Shown: positions 1 to 9,279 of the stretch, piece by piece
How positions within the stretch are numbered: position 1 is the stretch's first letter
Layout: the number at the start of each line of letters is the position of its first letter
Source of the DNA: Candidatus Bathyarchaeia archaeon
Lineage (GTDB): Archaea > Thermoproteota > Bathyarchaeia > 40CM-2-53-6
Reading direction: 5' to 3'
DNA length: 64,000 nt
NCBI GenBank assembly: GCA_049513715.1
Contig: JBEKVV010000002.1
Coordinates: 480,001-544,000, forward strand
The notes under the pieces: generated by a model
What the model saw: the letters and a program-made list of their open reading frames with translations, nothing else
The model's database searches: none
What the model was told of the DNA's origin: nothing
Translations under genes and position numbers: made by a program

Positions 1-909
1 AAATTATGGACTGACGCAAATTCGCAGCTAGGCATACAAGTCGTAACAACCCAAATTCTAGGAAACAGTGTAAATTACAATTTCACCGAATTACGTCTTG
101 ACGGAAACGCCCCTGGACTGAACATCGACGTAAGCAAACCTCTTACAATCTCGGTCGTCTATTCCGATGTTCCCAAAGCCGCGTCGAGCATTGATCTGAA
201 AGTGAACCCGACAATAGGAGTTCCAGGTTACCCACTGACAATAAGTGGGTCACTCACCTCGGCAGCACAACCTTCGACAATAAGCCTATCGTATGGTTCT
301 GATAATGTGAACTGGCAGCCCCTAGCTGATGTTAGCGTAGGTACGGATGGACGATTTGCGTACACGTGGACCCCGGGTACCTCTGGTAATTATTCCGTTA
401 GAGCCTACTTCCAAGGCGACGTAAATCACGCGCCAACTTCCAGAATAGTGTCCGTTCAAATCAAAGACTCAGCTCTACCATCCGTCGAAGATTCATTCAA
501 CATACCCGCGCTCGCAAAGAGCATTCCTTTTGCTTCAACGGCTTTCGCGTTTGCGGGCTCCTTTATGACCATTGGTGCAGCAGTAGGAGTCCTGCTTCTG
601 CCAAGTGCGTCTCCGACATTGGGCTACCTGATAGGAAGTTTAATCGTAGGTTTCGTTTTTGTTTTCCCGTTTTCAGCGGTTGTGCTCGCGGTCAAAGCTG
701 CTAGAAGCAAACGAGGCCCACGTAGTGTCAGTCTAATCCCTCTGTTCCTTGTCTGGGTTTCGACCTTGGCGATAATGGTGACGAAGGGTTCCTCGGTCGC
801 TTCATCAGGGTTGCTGCTACACGTCACGGCTTTGACGCTGATAATTAGCAATGCGTTGCTATTTCCGCTTGCATTTAGTGTTCTCCTAGCAAAATACGTT
901 GCCACTTAG
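1..909 (+). CDS. 5'-truncated surface protein: Ig-like domain plus C-terminal multi-TM anchor
   Basis: Frame is open from base 1 (KLWTDANSQ...) into track ORF 202..909; beta-rich 'GRFAYTWTP..GNYSVRAYFQGD' Ig-like signature, then about 4 hydrophobic helices. Confidence 0.7.
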   Translation, partial: KLWTDANSQLGIQVVTTQILGNSVNYNFTELRLDGNAPGLNIDVSKPLTISVVYSDVPKAASSIDLKVNPTIGVPGYPLTISGSLTSAAQPSTISLSYGSDNVNWQPLADVSVGTDGRFAYTWTPGTSGNYSVRAYFQGDVNHAPTSRIVSVQIKDSALPSVEDSFNIPALAKSIPFASTAFAFAGSFMTIGAAVGVLLLPSASPTLGYLIGSLIVGFVFVFPFSAVVLAVKAARSKRGPRSVSLIPLFLVWVSTLAIMVTKGSSVASSGLLLHVTALTLIISNALLFPLAFSVLLAKYVAT

Positions 910-1096
910 AGAGACGAGTGTCTCTACACAATGTCAGAGTTCTGTCGCTGACGATAGATGAGACTAACGTTGCGGGATTAGTGTTAATCGTCAAGTTTGG
1001 GTCCTCGTACTCGTGCACTTCGACGTGCGTCTAAACACTTTATGAAAACTCGTCGAATCTCGCCTTGTCTTCAGACTCACGCAACTTGGATCCTTT

Positions 1097-4000
1097 GTGG
1101 CGAGAAATCAGATGCGAAGCTTTCCATCGAAAAACAGCGTACTGCCTCTCCTTCTGCTGACTATCCTAACCCTAGGCCCCGCAATCCTCGCGCCCTTAAC
1201 GATGCGGGCCAGCCCTGGTCCCACAGTGTATTACGCGGACTCTCTTACGATGCCACTGCCCGCAACCCCACTGCCCTCGCCAGGCTCCACGCCACTCTCG
1301 CCAATATCAGGGATCGTCAAGGTGCTCGTAATTGCCGTGGAATTCTCCGACGTCAACCACACCAAGAGTATCGACCAGATCAAACAAGCCTACTTTGGCA
1401 CATTGTCCGCGTACTATGCGGCTGTTTCGTATGGAACGGTGTCAGTGCAGGGCGATGTCGTTGGTTGGTACCGCTTGCCCCATCCGATGGCGTACTATGG
1501 CAGGGATTGCACTTCAGTCGATGATTCCGACTGCAGTGGCCAGTTGACCTCGTGGTGGTTAGCAAGAGATGCAGTCAACGTCATGAACCGAGACCCAAAC
1601 GTGAACGTCAACAACTATGACTACTTCGTCTTCTTACACTCAGGGATCGGAGAAGAATCCAGTCACAACAAGGACACTGTCTGGTCAGTCGCATACCTCG
1701 CCGGAGTCTGGCTGCAGACAAAAGGGAAGTCGATCAGCTCCTTCGACCTCGTTCCAGAATTGGAGGACCAGGGCGCAATTCCCAATGGTGTGTACACGCA
1801 CGAATTCGGCCACCTACTCGGCCTTCCAGACCTCTATAACATATTCAACGGCCAAACGGTTCTCGGCCAATGGGCACTCATGGACAAGGGCCTATGGAAC
1901 GGCAACCCACCCGGATCCAGCCCAGCATGGATGGAGGCTTGGAGCCGAATGAAACTTGGATGGTTGAATGGAACCCGCTTGACGGTCGCACAAGATGGCG
2001 CTCTCGCAAGCTATACGGTTGACGCGGCCGAACTTCAAACGACCACTCTTCATGCGGTAGAAATTCCGATTACGACCACAACATACTACCTAGTCGAAGT
2101 TAGAGAGCGTATCGGGTTCGACCAGGCGCTTCCTTCAACAGGGGTCCTAATTCTCTACGTAGCCAGCGGCGGAACTACTAGAACCAACCAAGGTTCAACC
2201 AAAGTCACAATCATGAACGCTCATCCCAGTGTTCCTGGGCTGCAAAATGCGACTTGGAGTGTTGGGCAGGTTTTCACGGACACGAAGAACGACATAGCTG
2301 TCGCGGTAAATGGCGAAGTGGGCAACTCTTTCCAGATCACAGTAAACCGCCTAGGACCATTGCCAGACCTCGCCGTCTCGAAGATTTACACTCAACCAAC
2401 AACACTCACCCCGAACACTACTGTAACCATCCTTGTGGACATCAACAACCAAGGATCAGCGGCCGCGACCAATGTTCCAGTCCAGGTCTTCATCGACAAT
2501 CAACCTTTCGCAAACAAAATTGTAAGCCTTCAGCCAGGCGGGGCAACTGAGATTTCGCTAGCCTGGAACGCTCTCGCGGGCAGTCACATTCTCAAAGTCA
2601 TCATAGATCCCTATAATTCATTGAATGAGTTGAGCAGGGCGAATAATGTCGCCACGTACACTCTCAATGTCGGCGCCGAATCGCTGCCTGACTTCGCTGT
2701 GTCGAAGATCTACACTCAACCAACAAACGTGGACCCGAACACCACCGTGACAATCCTCGTCGATATTGTCAACCAAGGTACAGCAGCAGGAACGAACGTT
2801 TCCGTTCAGGTCTTCTTGGATAATCAGACCCTTGCGAATCAGATATTGACTCTTCAAGCGGGTGGAAGCACGGAAATCTCCTTGACGTGGAATGCTACGA
2901 CTGGAGGTCATCTGGTCAAAGTCGTTATTGATCCAGACAATGCGTTGACTGAGTTGAACAAAGCGAATAATGTGGCCACATACACGCTGAACGTGGGTCC
3001 CACAGCGATCATCACGGTTCCATTAGATGTTGGAGCCAGCAACGCGAGCGCCTGGGTTCAGATCAATGGTGTGAAGTACATGCCCAACAACTCATCTCAA
3101 GTAGTAGCGACCGTCGCAGTGGGGCCGGTCACAGTCGAAGTGGAACCCGCACTATACACTTCAAACGAGACCCGGCAAGCATTCGCGAATTGGTCGGATG
3201 GCAACCAGCAGAACCCGAGACAAGTGAACATAACCGCTAACACGCAATTGGGCGCCAAGTACCAAGCACAATATCTGCTGTCAATAAACAGGAACGGCGG
3301 AACCACATCGCCAGGGGGTTGGAACAATGCTAACAGCGCGGTTACCGTGGCTGCGAGTTCACCTAGCAACGTGACCGAACAGGCCTCCAGGCTAATGTTC
3401 AATGGTTGGTCTGGAGACATAAGCGCCTCATCCACTTCAATTACGTTGAATATGACGAAACCTGAAACCTTGACCGCAAACTGGAAGCAACAATACTACG
3501 TCAGCATAATTTCGCCCGTTGGTTCCGTGTCTGGTAGCGGTTGGTACGATGCCGGAACGCCTGCAACCATATCCCTACGATCGGCATTGGTCCAACAGAA
3601 CAACGTGCGCCAAGTGTTCGCAGGCTGGAGTGGCGGTACTGACAATCAGACCACCACTAAAACAATCGTAGTCAACGCCCCGACAATTCTGCAAGCGAAT
3701 TGGAAGACACAGTACCTCGTCCAAGTGCAATCGTCCTATGGAAATCCGACGGGCTCAGGCTGGTATGATGCTGGCAGTCAAGTACCGATTTCAGTGAGTT
3801 CGATGGTGGACTTCGGCAACAACACGCGAATAGTTTTCGATGGTTGGGAAGGCGACTACACCGGAACTGATGCGACGACAACTCTTACCGCAGATTCGCC
3901 CAAAACTCTGGACGCTCAGTGGACGACACAATACAGAGTCACGCTCAGAGTTGGCGGAGTTTCAAACGCAACAATGGCGAAACTACTCATCAACGATACC

Positions 4001-4309
4001 TACCATGACATCTCCATGAGCAACAGTTACCAAGCATGGGTCAACCGCGGCGTAGAAATCAACCCATCGATAAACGAGACATTGGGAGATGGATTCATGC
4101 AGGTCAAATTCAACGGCTGGAACAACGCAACAGGCGGCTTGGTTACTCCACCTTTCACCGTGAACGGCCCCGTGGACTACACTGCTTCATACCAGCAAGC
4201 GTTCCCATCCCTCGCAATTCCCGGGTTCCCAATAGAATCCGTACTGGCCGGGATTCTCATCGGCTTCATGGCCCTGGCGCTGCTTAGACGCCGAAAGAGA
4301 TCGAACTGA
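1097..4309 (+). CDS. M6 family (immune inhibitor A-like) metalloprotease with 2 CARDB domains, beta-repeat stalk and PGF-CTERM tail
   Basis: Signal peptide; HEFGHLLGLPDLY zinc motif; 'WALMDKG' Met-turn; repeated 'GSGWYDAG' units; C-terminal IPGF + TM + RRRKR. Alternative start ATG at 1112. Confidence 0.9.
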   Translation: MARNQMRSFPSKNSVLPLLLLTILTLGPAILAPLTMRASPGPTVYYADSLTMPLPATPLPSPGSTPLSPISGIVKVLVIAVEFSDVNHTKSIDQIKQAYFGTLSAYYAAVSYGTVSVQGDVVGWYRLPHPMAYYGRDCTSVDDSDCSGQLTSWWLARDAVNVMNRDPNVNVNNYDYFVFLHSGIGEESSHNKDTVWSVAYLAGVWLQTKGKSISSFDLVPELEDQGAIPNGVYTHEFGHLLGLPDLYNIFNGQTVLGQWALMDKGLWNGNPPGSSPAWMEAWSRMKLGWLNGTRLTVAQDGALASYTVDAAELQTTTLHAVEIPITTTTYYLVEVRERIGFDQALPSTGVLILYVASGGTTRTNQGSTKVTIMNAHPSVPGLQNATWSVGQVFTDTKNDIAVAVNGEVGNSFQITVNRLGPLPDLAVSKIYTQPTTLTPNTTVTILVDINNQGSAAATNVPVQVFIDNQPFANKIVSLQPGGATEISLAWNALAGSHILKVIIDPYNSLNELSRANNVATYTLNVGAESLPDFAVSKIYTQPTNVDPNTTVTILVDIVNQGTAAGTNVSVQVFLDNQTLANQILTLQAGGSTEISLTWNATTGGHLVKVVIDPDNALTELNKANNVATYTLNVGPTAIITVPLDVGASNASAWVQINGVKYMPNNSSQVVATVAVGPVTVEVEPALYTSNETRQAFANWSDGNQQNPRQVNITANTQLGAKYQAQYLLSINRNGGTTSPGGWNNANSAVTVAASSPSNVTEQASRLMFNGWSGDISASSTSITLNMTKPETLTANWKQQYYVSIISPVGSVSGSGWYDAGTPATISLRSALVQQNNVRQVFAGWSGGTDNQTTTKTIVVNAPTILQANWKTQYLVQVQSSYGNPTGSGWYDAGSQVPISVSSMVDFGNNTRIVFDGWEGDYTGTDATTTLTADSPKTLDAQWTTQYRVTLRVGGVSNATMAKLLINDTYHDISMSNSYQAWVNRGVEINPSINETLGDGFMQVKFNGWNNATGGLVTPPFTVNGPVDYTASYQQAFPSLAIPGFPIESVLAGILIGFMALALLRRRKRSN
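2360..2998 (+). repeat. Tandem intragenic duplication of a CARDB domain (2360-2674 and 2684-2998)
   Basis: Both copies run LPDxAVSKIYTQPT...ANNVATYTLNVG, 324 nt apart, with DNA-level similarity still visible. Confidence 0.9.
4220..4309 (+). other. PGF-CTERM-type archaeosortase sorting signal
   Basis: PGFPIESVLAGILIGFMALALLRRRKRSN: motif, TM helix, basic cluster. Confidence 0.85.
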
Positions 4310-4520
4310 CAAACCAGCTTGGATTGTTCAACGTGCTTCCGAGCAGTGAACTTTTGATTGGAGTTTTCATAGGCCGAGAATCATGACCTGATCCACCCAG
4401 AATGCGCCCGTTCTATCCATAAGAGACATCTCAGAACGTTGATTTCGAATTGCACCGCGAAAGAGTGTTTTTTCGAGTATTTGGCTTGATTTTTGATATA
4501 TCCGCTTCCGAGTTATCCGC

Positions 4521-4606
4521 TTAAATGGCATTCTTGGGCTTGGGGGATTCGTATGCGCGCCTCGAAAGGGGCACGTATAATAACTGAATTAGGGAGAAAT
4601 TAAAAA
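4521..4606 (+). promoter_or_regulatory. Putative TATA box, 5' leader hairpin and SD of the 1471-aa gene
   Basis: TTAAAT at 4521; 12-position stem with GAAA tetraloop at 4552-4579; AGGGAG at 4591 before the TTG start. Confidence 0.55.
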
Positions 4607-7600
4607 TTGCATAAGAAATTAGTTGCAGCGCTTACAATCGCTATATTTGTTTTGAGTTCCGTAGCGATCATAGCTCCTGCAAGTGCCCACTTCACGTTGG
4701 GCGATTTGACGCCGAACTACAGATTCCACGCGAACGACTATGACCCGCACGTAGCAGGGCCACTCATGTACGTTTCGCCAGGCGCAGGTGCCGGGGCGTT
4801 CAGTGGACCATACTCAGGCGGGCCTGTAGGCCTGTTTCCTCCGGGTTATCAATCGCCTAACCCAGGCGGTAATCCACCCGGTCAGCAGGCTAGTGTCTAT
4901 CAGCTTGATGGCAATACCTACGCACCCTTCGGTGCAATATTGACCTCAACTGCCGACCACCCGAACACTGGACCGTTGGTCTTCGCGATCAACTTCAGCG
5001 ATCCGGCGGCTTTCAGCTACATCAATGCCGCTGGTGCGGCAGCTCCATGGGCTGGTATGCTTGGATACTGTAGTACTGGATTCAGCTACTGTGCAAACTA
5101 CACTGGCATAACAATCTACATTCCACCCGAATTTGACTTGAGCGCAGCCGCGAGCAACCCAGGTCTCGTGCAGTCCACCATTGGTGCGACGGCCAACGAC
5201 GTGGTTGTTTCGCAGGTAAGCAACTGGGACGCATTCGGCCCCGGTTGGTGGCAAGTCACTGTTACGGGTGACATTCACTTCTGGCCACAACACAACTACC
5301 AGGAATGGTACTACCTCAAAATCAACAACGTAGTGGCGCCAACAACTGCAGGAAAATACTTCTTCAAAGCCTTCTTGTTGGACCAATACTTCAACAATAA
5401 CTGGCCAGGAATGGCTCGCACATATGCGACGAACGGGTTCCAATGTGACCCGAACGACCTTACAGCTGCGTGCTGGACTGGCCCGTTACCAAACAATCCA
5501 CTCTACATTCCAACTTCTGGTGCAACCAATGCTACTGTTCCAGTTGAGAATTATCCAGTATTGCTGGTCAAAGGTGATATTGACCCAGGCATCATAACCG
5601 GAACCGTCCGGTATGGTACCTTCAACCAAACCCTCTACCAGCAACCCATTAACTTCCCAGGGAAGGTTTGGGCTGTTGGCACAGCAATTGACCCGTACAA
5701 ACCGGATCATCCATCGACTGGTCGCAACGTAACTGCTATGGGCTACTTCAACGCCTCAGCTCAAGGTCACTTTGAAGTTGAAGGCGTCGCTGCAGGTGTA
5801 TACGACATATACGCCGAGGCAGCAGGGTACCCCGCGCAGCTCGTCGCATCACAAGTAACCATACTACCCGGCCAATCGTTCCATTTGGACATCTACCTGA
5901 ACCCAGGACCAGTTGTCAATGGACAAATCTACAGCAAACACTTGTTTGGTGAAGAACCTTGGCCAAGCAACCCAAGACCAGTGTACGTAGAACTTTACGG
6001 CGCCAACGATTACGCTAGCAGCAGTGTTAGAGCGTTCTCACCTCTGAACTTGACGACTCCGCCCTTCATGGCGTACGATTGGGATCTGAACCAAGGTGCG
6101 CCACATGGTGGACAGTTCACAAGCACAAACATACCTCCATGCGAGACGGCTCCGTCCGGTCCATTCAACGGCCACGATGCGTCTGGTTGTCCAACACCCA
6201 GACCCGTAGCCTACCCGTGGTTCGCAGTGAATGCGGCTTGGGGTGGATCGTACTATAGCCAATTCTTCCCCCCTACTGCACTCGCAGCAACCTACGCCCT
6301 AGCGAACCATCATGACGCAGTCCAGTGCGGTGGAACGAACGACCTCTGCGGTAAGCAGAACGGCGTTGGTCCAGCGCAGTACTGGTGGGTTGATGGTGCT
6401 GGTGCGTTCACGAACGGTGGTGGAGCGAACAGTTTCATCTACCGATTCGGAGTGAAGGGAGTTTACGGTGCACCAACAGACTTTGATGGACACGTTCCGC
6501 AGGCTTTGGCAACATGGGTCAACGGTTTAACGCCCGGTCGATACTGGGTGAGGGCGTGGATCAACGGATACACGCAAACACTCCAAGACGGCCAGACGCT
6601 TGACGAGTACTACTTTGATGTTGCGAAGGATGAGTGGGCTGGAGACGTATTCATGCCCATGGACCTTCGAATCAGCAGTACCATCAACAAGACCGTTCAC
6701 TTCCACGACTTGCCAGGCACGCTACAAGACTGCGCAGTGGATGGATGCATCAACTCAGCTGGCCAAAACACGAAACACGGTCTCGCAAATGGGGCTAGAT
6801 TCCTAATTGCCGAGGTCCGCGATTCGAGCGGCAAGCTGTGGGGCATGAACTTCACACGCGTCTTTGGCACTGACGAGAACATGACAATTCAAATCAACGG
6901 GTTCGGCATGATGGGACCCGACGCTTTCGGACTCAAATATTCAGACTTTGTCTATGCAGGTTACAGGGACTACGGACTACCCGCAGGAACATACACAGTC
7001 TACACGTACATGCGTGGTTACGTTCAGCAAACCTTCGAATCCGTTTCAGTGACGCTGAGCGGAAACGCAGCACAGATCAGCAACCACCTCTACCGAGGAG
7101 CCATACTCAACATGACCATTTGGAGCATCGACTGGGAGCACCCCACGACCTCAAGGCCTTGGGAATTTCCAGGCTCCAGGTTCCGGACCTACCTCTTTGA
7201 CCAAAACGGTAAACGATATGGACCCATCGGTGACGTCGCCACTGCACAAGCTTCTGCCCCGCGTCAAACAGGCCCAGCTCGAGGAGACGATCCACGCAGA
7301 CAACCACTACCAGGAGCCGCTTCAGGCAACTGTGGTGGTGGCGTAGCATGTGCTTGGACTGACACAGAAGGGCAAGCTTTGATCTACACGGAGTGGGATG
7401 GCGCGATAGCAGCCGACCGTAGAGGCCCAGACATTATAACGAGCTTCTACGAGCAAGTCGGTGGTAACCTGGAATTGGAAGCCTACGGTATCGGCTTCCT
7501 CAGCATCCCAACCCTCTACAGAGACAGCGCAACGCCCTTCGCCACTAGGATAGGCCTGGAAACTGGAACGTACACGGCATTCAGCTTCACGCCGGGTTAC

Positions 7601-9022
7601 GTGCAACACCAGGAATTCAGCGTCTACGCACCGAAAGGTGGAGTTGGCGACATCAGAGTGAACCTACTGCGAGGAGTCAACGTGACACTGAACATACCCT
7701 TCAAGAAAGAAGGCATCTTCACACCAACCGACTTCAACATGACAATGCGCGTTCGCTTGTTCGATGATGCAGGCAACCTAGTTGCCACGCAATCATCAGC
7801 AGCACCCGACAACGAGAACCTGAACTCCGAAAACGACCCAATCGGTCGCGGCAGGTACGCATACTCTCCGAACGCAGCCATCGTCAGCGCCTACTACAGC
7901 TACTACGTCGACCCATTCTCACCATCGCCCGACATAGGGAACGGTTTGAAGAGTGTCGATGCTAGTTCAGCAAACGGTGATGGCTTCCTCTGGTTCGGTG
8001 ACTACTACGGTTCATCGACCCCTGGAGTCAAGGTTTGGCAAGGCTTCGACAGCAACCAAGGACAAGCAAGCCAGGCGTGGCCTTCGTTCTACAACATACA
8101 ATGGAACGGTTGCCCAAGCGACGTACCGGCCTGTATTCCGACAGGAGCATACTGGGGCAACTTCCAATGGTACGGTGCAATCCCAGCGGGAACCGAGCAA
8201 GTCCGCGTATCCATGATGGGTATGTACGACATCTTCGGTGACCCACTTGATGGACTGAACGCAGGAGTACTTCACACTAAGGCATGGGACGGCTCTAGCG
8301 GCGAGAAGATTGACTCAATGCTTTACGGCATTGACGGCTTCTCATCCACCATACCCAGCAGCTACAGCGGTGGCTGGACTGCTGAGGTAGACACGGTGAA
8401 CCTCTATCCGAAACCACAGTTCGCAGCGAACGGATTCCCGCTTGCGACGAACTGGTTCCCAGCAGCTGAAGGCCTACTGGAAGGCGATAGCTTCCACACG
8501 ATTCCGGGAAGCCCAGCAGGACCCTTCGGTTACACCACTGACACCCTATCCGCCAACGGACTGGGTCCATACGCTCAACGCCAAGTGTGGAGCATACCCA
8601 ACGCTCACCTAGGAGCAGAAGCCTCAGCAATCTACGAACTTGACAAACGCGGATACATCAGCGGAAACGTCTACGGATTCACGTGGGCGAACGACTTCCG
8701 CACGCAATCCTGGAACACGATCCAGTTTGCATCAGCCACGGGCAACCAAACCTTCAGCACGTGGACTCGTGACGGATTCTACGACGCCTACCTGGACGCA
8801 GGACAGTACAACATGCAGGTCATCGCTTGGACTCCAAGCGGTAACCAAGGCTTCACCACAGTAAGCCAATCCCTCACCATCAGCAGCGGACAAAGCTCAT
8901 CGGGCGTCTCGTTCCAACTGGAACGAAGCAACATCCCGGTGCCAGAGTTCACATCAATAGCGGTTGTAGCATTCTCAGCGCTAGCAGCATCGCTTTACGT
9001 ACTACGACGCAGACGCAAGTAG
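4607..9022 (+). CDS. Large secreted PEF-CTERM surface glycoprotein, S-layer candidate, with carboxypeptidase-regulatory-like beta-sandwich repeats
   Basis: Signal peptide ending ASA; repeated GLxxGxY..GY motifs; many N-x-S/T sequons; C-terminal VPEF + TM + RRRRK; own terminator. Confidence 0.8.
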   Translation: MHKKLVAALTIAIFVLSSVAIIAPASAHFTLGDLTPNYRFHANDYDPHVAGPLMYVSPGAGAGAFSGPYSGGPVGLFPPGYQSPNPGGNPPGQQASVYQLDGNTYAPFGAILTSTADHPNTGPLVFAINFSDPAAFSYINAAGAAAPWAGMLGYCSTGFSYCANYTGITIYIPPEFDLSAAASNPGLVQSTIGATANDVVVSQVSNWDAFGPGWWQVTVTGDIHFWPQHNYQEWYYLKINNVVAPTTAGKYFFKAFLLDQYFNNNWPGMARTYATNGFQCDPNDLTAACWTGPLPNNPLYIPTSGATNATVPVENYPVLLVKGDIDPGIITGTVRYGTFNQTLYQQPINFPGKVWAVGTAIDPYKPDHPSTGRNVTAMGYFNASAQGHFEVEGVAAGVYDIYAEAAGYPAQLVASQVTILPGQSFHLDIYLNPGPVVNGQIYSKHLFGEEPWPSNPRPVYVELYGANDYASSSVRAFSPLNLTTPPFMAYDWDLNQGAPHGGQFTSTNIPPCETAPSGPFNGHDASGCPTPRPVAYPWFAVNAAWGGSYYSQFFPPTALAATYALANHHDAVQCGGTNDLCGKQNGVGPAQYWWVDGAGAFTNGGGANSFIYRFGVKGVYGAPTDFDGHVPQALATWVNGLTPGRYWVRAWINGYTQTLQDGQTLDEYYFDVAKDEWAGDVFMPMDLRISSTINKTVHFHDLPGTLQDCAVDGCINSAGQNTKHGLANGARFLIAEVRDSSGKLWGMNFTRVFGTDENMTIQINGFGMMGPDAFGLKYSDFVYAGYRDYGLPAGTYTVYTYMRGYVQQTFESVSVTLSGNAAQISNHLYRGAILNMTIWSIDWEHPTTSRPWEFPGSRFRTYLFDQNGKRYGPIGDVATAQASAPRQTGPARGDDPRRQPLPGAASGNCGGGVACAWTDTEGQALIYTEWDGAIAADRRGPDIITSFYEQVGGNLELEAYGIGFLSIPTLYRDSATPFATRIGLETGTYTAFSFTPGYVQHQEFSVYAPKGGVGDIRVNLLRGVNVTLNIPFKKEGIFTPTDFNMTMRVRLFDDAGNLVATQSSAAPDNENLNSENDPIGRGRYAYSPNAAIVSAYYSYYVDPFSPSPDIGNGLKSVDASSANGDGFLWFGDYYGSSTPGVKVWQGFDSNQGQASQAWPSFYNIQWNGCPSDVPACIPTGAYWGNFQWYGAIPAGTEQVRVSMMGMYDIFGDPLDGLNAGVLHTKAWDGSSGEKIDSMLYGIDGFSSTIPSSYSGGWTAEVDTVNLYPKPQFAANGFPLATNWFPAAEGLLEGDSFHTIPGSPAGPFGYTTDTLSANGLGPYAQRQVWSIPNAHLGAEASAIYELDKRGYISGNVYGFTWANDFRTQSWNTIQFASATGNQTFSTWTRDGFYDAYLDAGQYNMQVIAWTPSGNQGFTTVSQSLTISSGQSSSGVSFQLERSNIPVPEFTSIAVVAFSALAASLYVLRRRRK
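8942..9022 (+). other. PEF-CTERM sorting signal
   Basis: PEFTSIAVVAFSALAASLYVLRRRRK. Confidence 0.9.
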
Positions 9023-9033
9023 TAAAAACCCAA

Positions 9034-9068
9034 AGGGCCCAAAAGGCCCTATCCCCTTTTCTTTTTCC
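9034..9068 (+). terminator. Hairpin plus pyrimidine-tract terminator
   Basis: AGGGCC-caaaa-GGCCCT followed by cccctttt ctttttcc just after the stop codon. Confidence 0.75.
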
Positions 9069-9279
9069 ATTCAACTAACAAAGAACCTTTTCCGTTCGTT
9101 TCCTAACCCGCGACATGCTCAGAGTCTGGGCGTGATTCTAACTCAATACTAACGGCATCGTTTCCCAGCCATATGCACCTTCTGCAAATACGCGTAGGGC
9201 AGTTTTGCCGCAACATTATAAAGCGAAAGGAGCGAAGGCCAGCAGTCATCCCGCAGGGGAATTTGTGAGGCCAACAATT

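Noticed and set aside
4946..8864. Many antisense and alternate-frame ORFs inside the 1471-aa gene
   Set aside because: Shadows of a codon-biased gene; no motifs or start signals
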